A stretch of 63,389 nt of DNA, filler included, from Globobulimina sp. (Eukaryota), in assembly GCA_003354225.1 (NCBI GenBank). It is 35 parts of 35 records of this genome, joined end to end, with 100 filler letters (N's around TTAATTAATTAA, not from the genome) between each part and the next. Parts side by side here need not be neighbours in the genome. Positions count along the whole stretch, not along the records: positions 61,678 to 63,389 come from PIVH01012820.1; 34 more parts are not named here. One strand, 5' to 3'. Below the pieces are notes generated by a model that saw nothing but the letters and a program-made list of their open reading frames with translations, ran no database searches and was not told where the DNA came from. Shown here piece by piece: positions 62,600-63,389 of the stretch. The position numbers were made by a program, and so were the translations under genes. Position 1 is the first letter of the stretch. Every line of letters begins with the position of its first letter.

Positions 62600-62680
62600 A
62601 AATAAGCTAAATTGGCAGAGCATTGGTTTGCATGAATGGGTCACAAACCAAATGGATGTGGGTTCGAACTCTACGGTGAT
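62600..62680 (+). pseudogene. Degenerate tRNA-like sequence (tRNA pseudogene or SINE head)
   Basis: D-arm/A-box agctaaattggcagagca, stem ttggtttg..caaaccaa, T-arm/B-box gtgggttcgaactctac. The acceptor stem does not pair. Confidence 0.5.
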
Positions 62681-63389
62681 GAGATGCAATGGAATGAAAA
62701 CAACGAATTATATTATATAATTAAACACGAGCATCTGCTATAACACGCATGCTCTAAAAACACAACAATAAAATTAATTATGTAGCGTGAAAATGCAGTA
62801 TATCAAACTGCATCTTTCTCACGTTAGAATTATTGGATTAATTGGATATGTACAAGTCTACAAATACTTTCCCTGTAGTTTGGTTAGAAATGACTACAGA
62901 TCAGAATTTCAGATATTAGAAAGTACACTGAACTAAAGTCGTCTAAATATAAATACGAGCGTAGAGTGAGCTTGTACGCACCCCAGAATTTACATGCAGG
63001 GCAAGGTGTACGCGTCTCCACTTTCTGAACTATTGACCTTCCTAATACTAAACTTTCTGAATCAATGTATCATTTCTAACCAATCTACAGGGAAAGTAAT
63101 AACGTTTGCAAAATTTTATATCGTTTTCATACAAGTCTTGTTCCGAATTAATAGCATTGTCAGCCAACAATTAATTAATTTGTCTGTAAAATAAATAGAA
63201 TGTGATTAGCTCCGAAGAGCAGGCCGCATTAATTGAGATGAAAAATAAAATGGGCGGCCTTGAGAAAGCCATGCAAAATATTGGTAAAATGGAGAAAGAC
63301 ATTGATGATCAGAGAAGAGATTGGATGGAAGACATTGAATTTGTATTTGTTGATATAAATAAAGCATTAAATAAACGTAAAAATGAATT

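Noticed and set aside
1-63389. Operon or gene-cluster interpretation across contigs (e.g. nuclease plus methyltransferase as a restriction-modification system)
   Set aside because: The genes are on different contigs joined arbitrarily by length.
1-63389. Alternative genetic code
   Set aside because: Nearly all ORF breaks in conserved genes are explained by phase-consistent introns, and TAA, TAG and TGA all appear as terminators.

Overview
This window is not a continuous locus. It is 35 unrelated short contigs, size-sorted from 1715 down to 1712 bp, each joined by an artificial 100-nt linker (N44-TTAATTAATTAA-N44, with stops in all six frames). Gene neighbourhood across linkers is therefore meaningless. 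The DNA is AT-rich eukaryotic nuclear sequence in the standard code, with short GT-AG introns (about 49-77 nt) and very short intergenic spacers. The gene repertoire suggests a protist, most plausibly a foraminiferan or other rhizarian (inference only). Recognisable genes, mostly partial, are formin, TTLL, SelO, PDS5, listerin/LTN1, a DAACS transporter, a carbohydrate sulfotransferase, cytochrome c1, acyloxyacyl hydrolase, pectin-acetylesterase/Notum, signal peptide peptidase, an M49-like peptidase, CYRI/FAM49, prolyl 4-hydroxylase, a CAP-Gly protein and a kinase. The most notable observations are: (1) a phage/giant-virus-type HNH-like endonuclease ORF lying antisense in what looks like a formin intron, with its stop codon on the splice donor; (2) a bacterial-type DNA cytosine methyltransferase fragment fused in frame to a membrane protein; (3) a Penelope-like retroelement with a GIY-YIG domain; (4) unusual domain architectures (TM-caspase, BTB plus three C1q/TNF-like domains, MATH plus permuted papain fold, signal-peptide SelO); and (5) several foldback/MITE-like and hairpin repeats. 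All family calls are from motif recognition by eye, with no database search.
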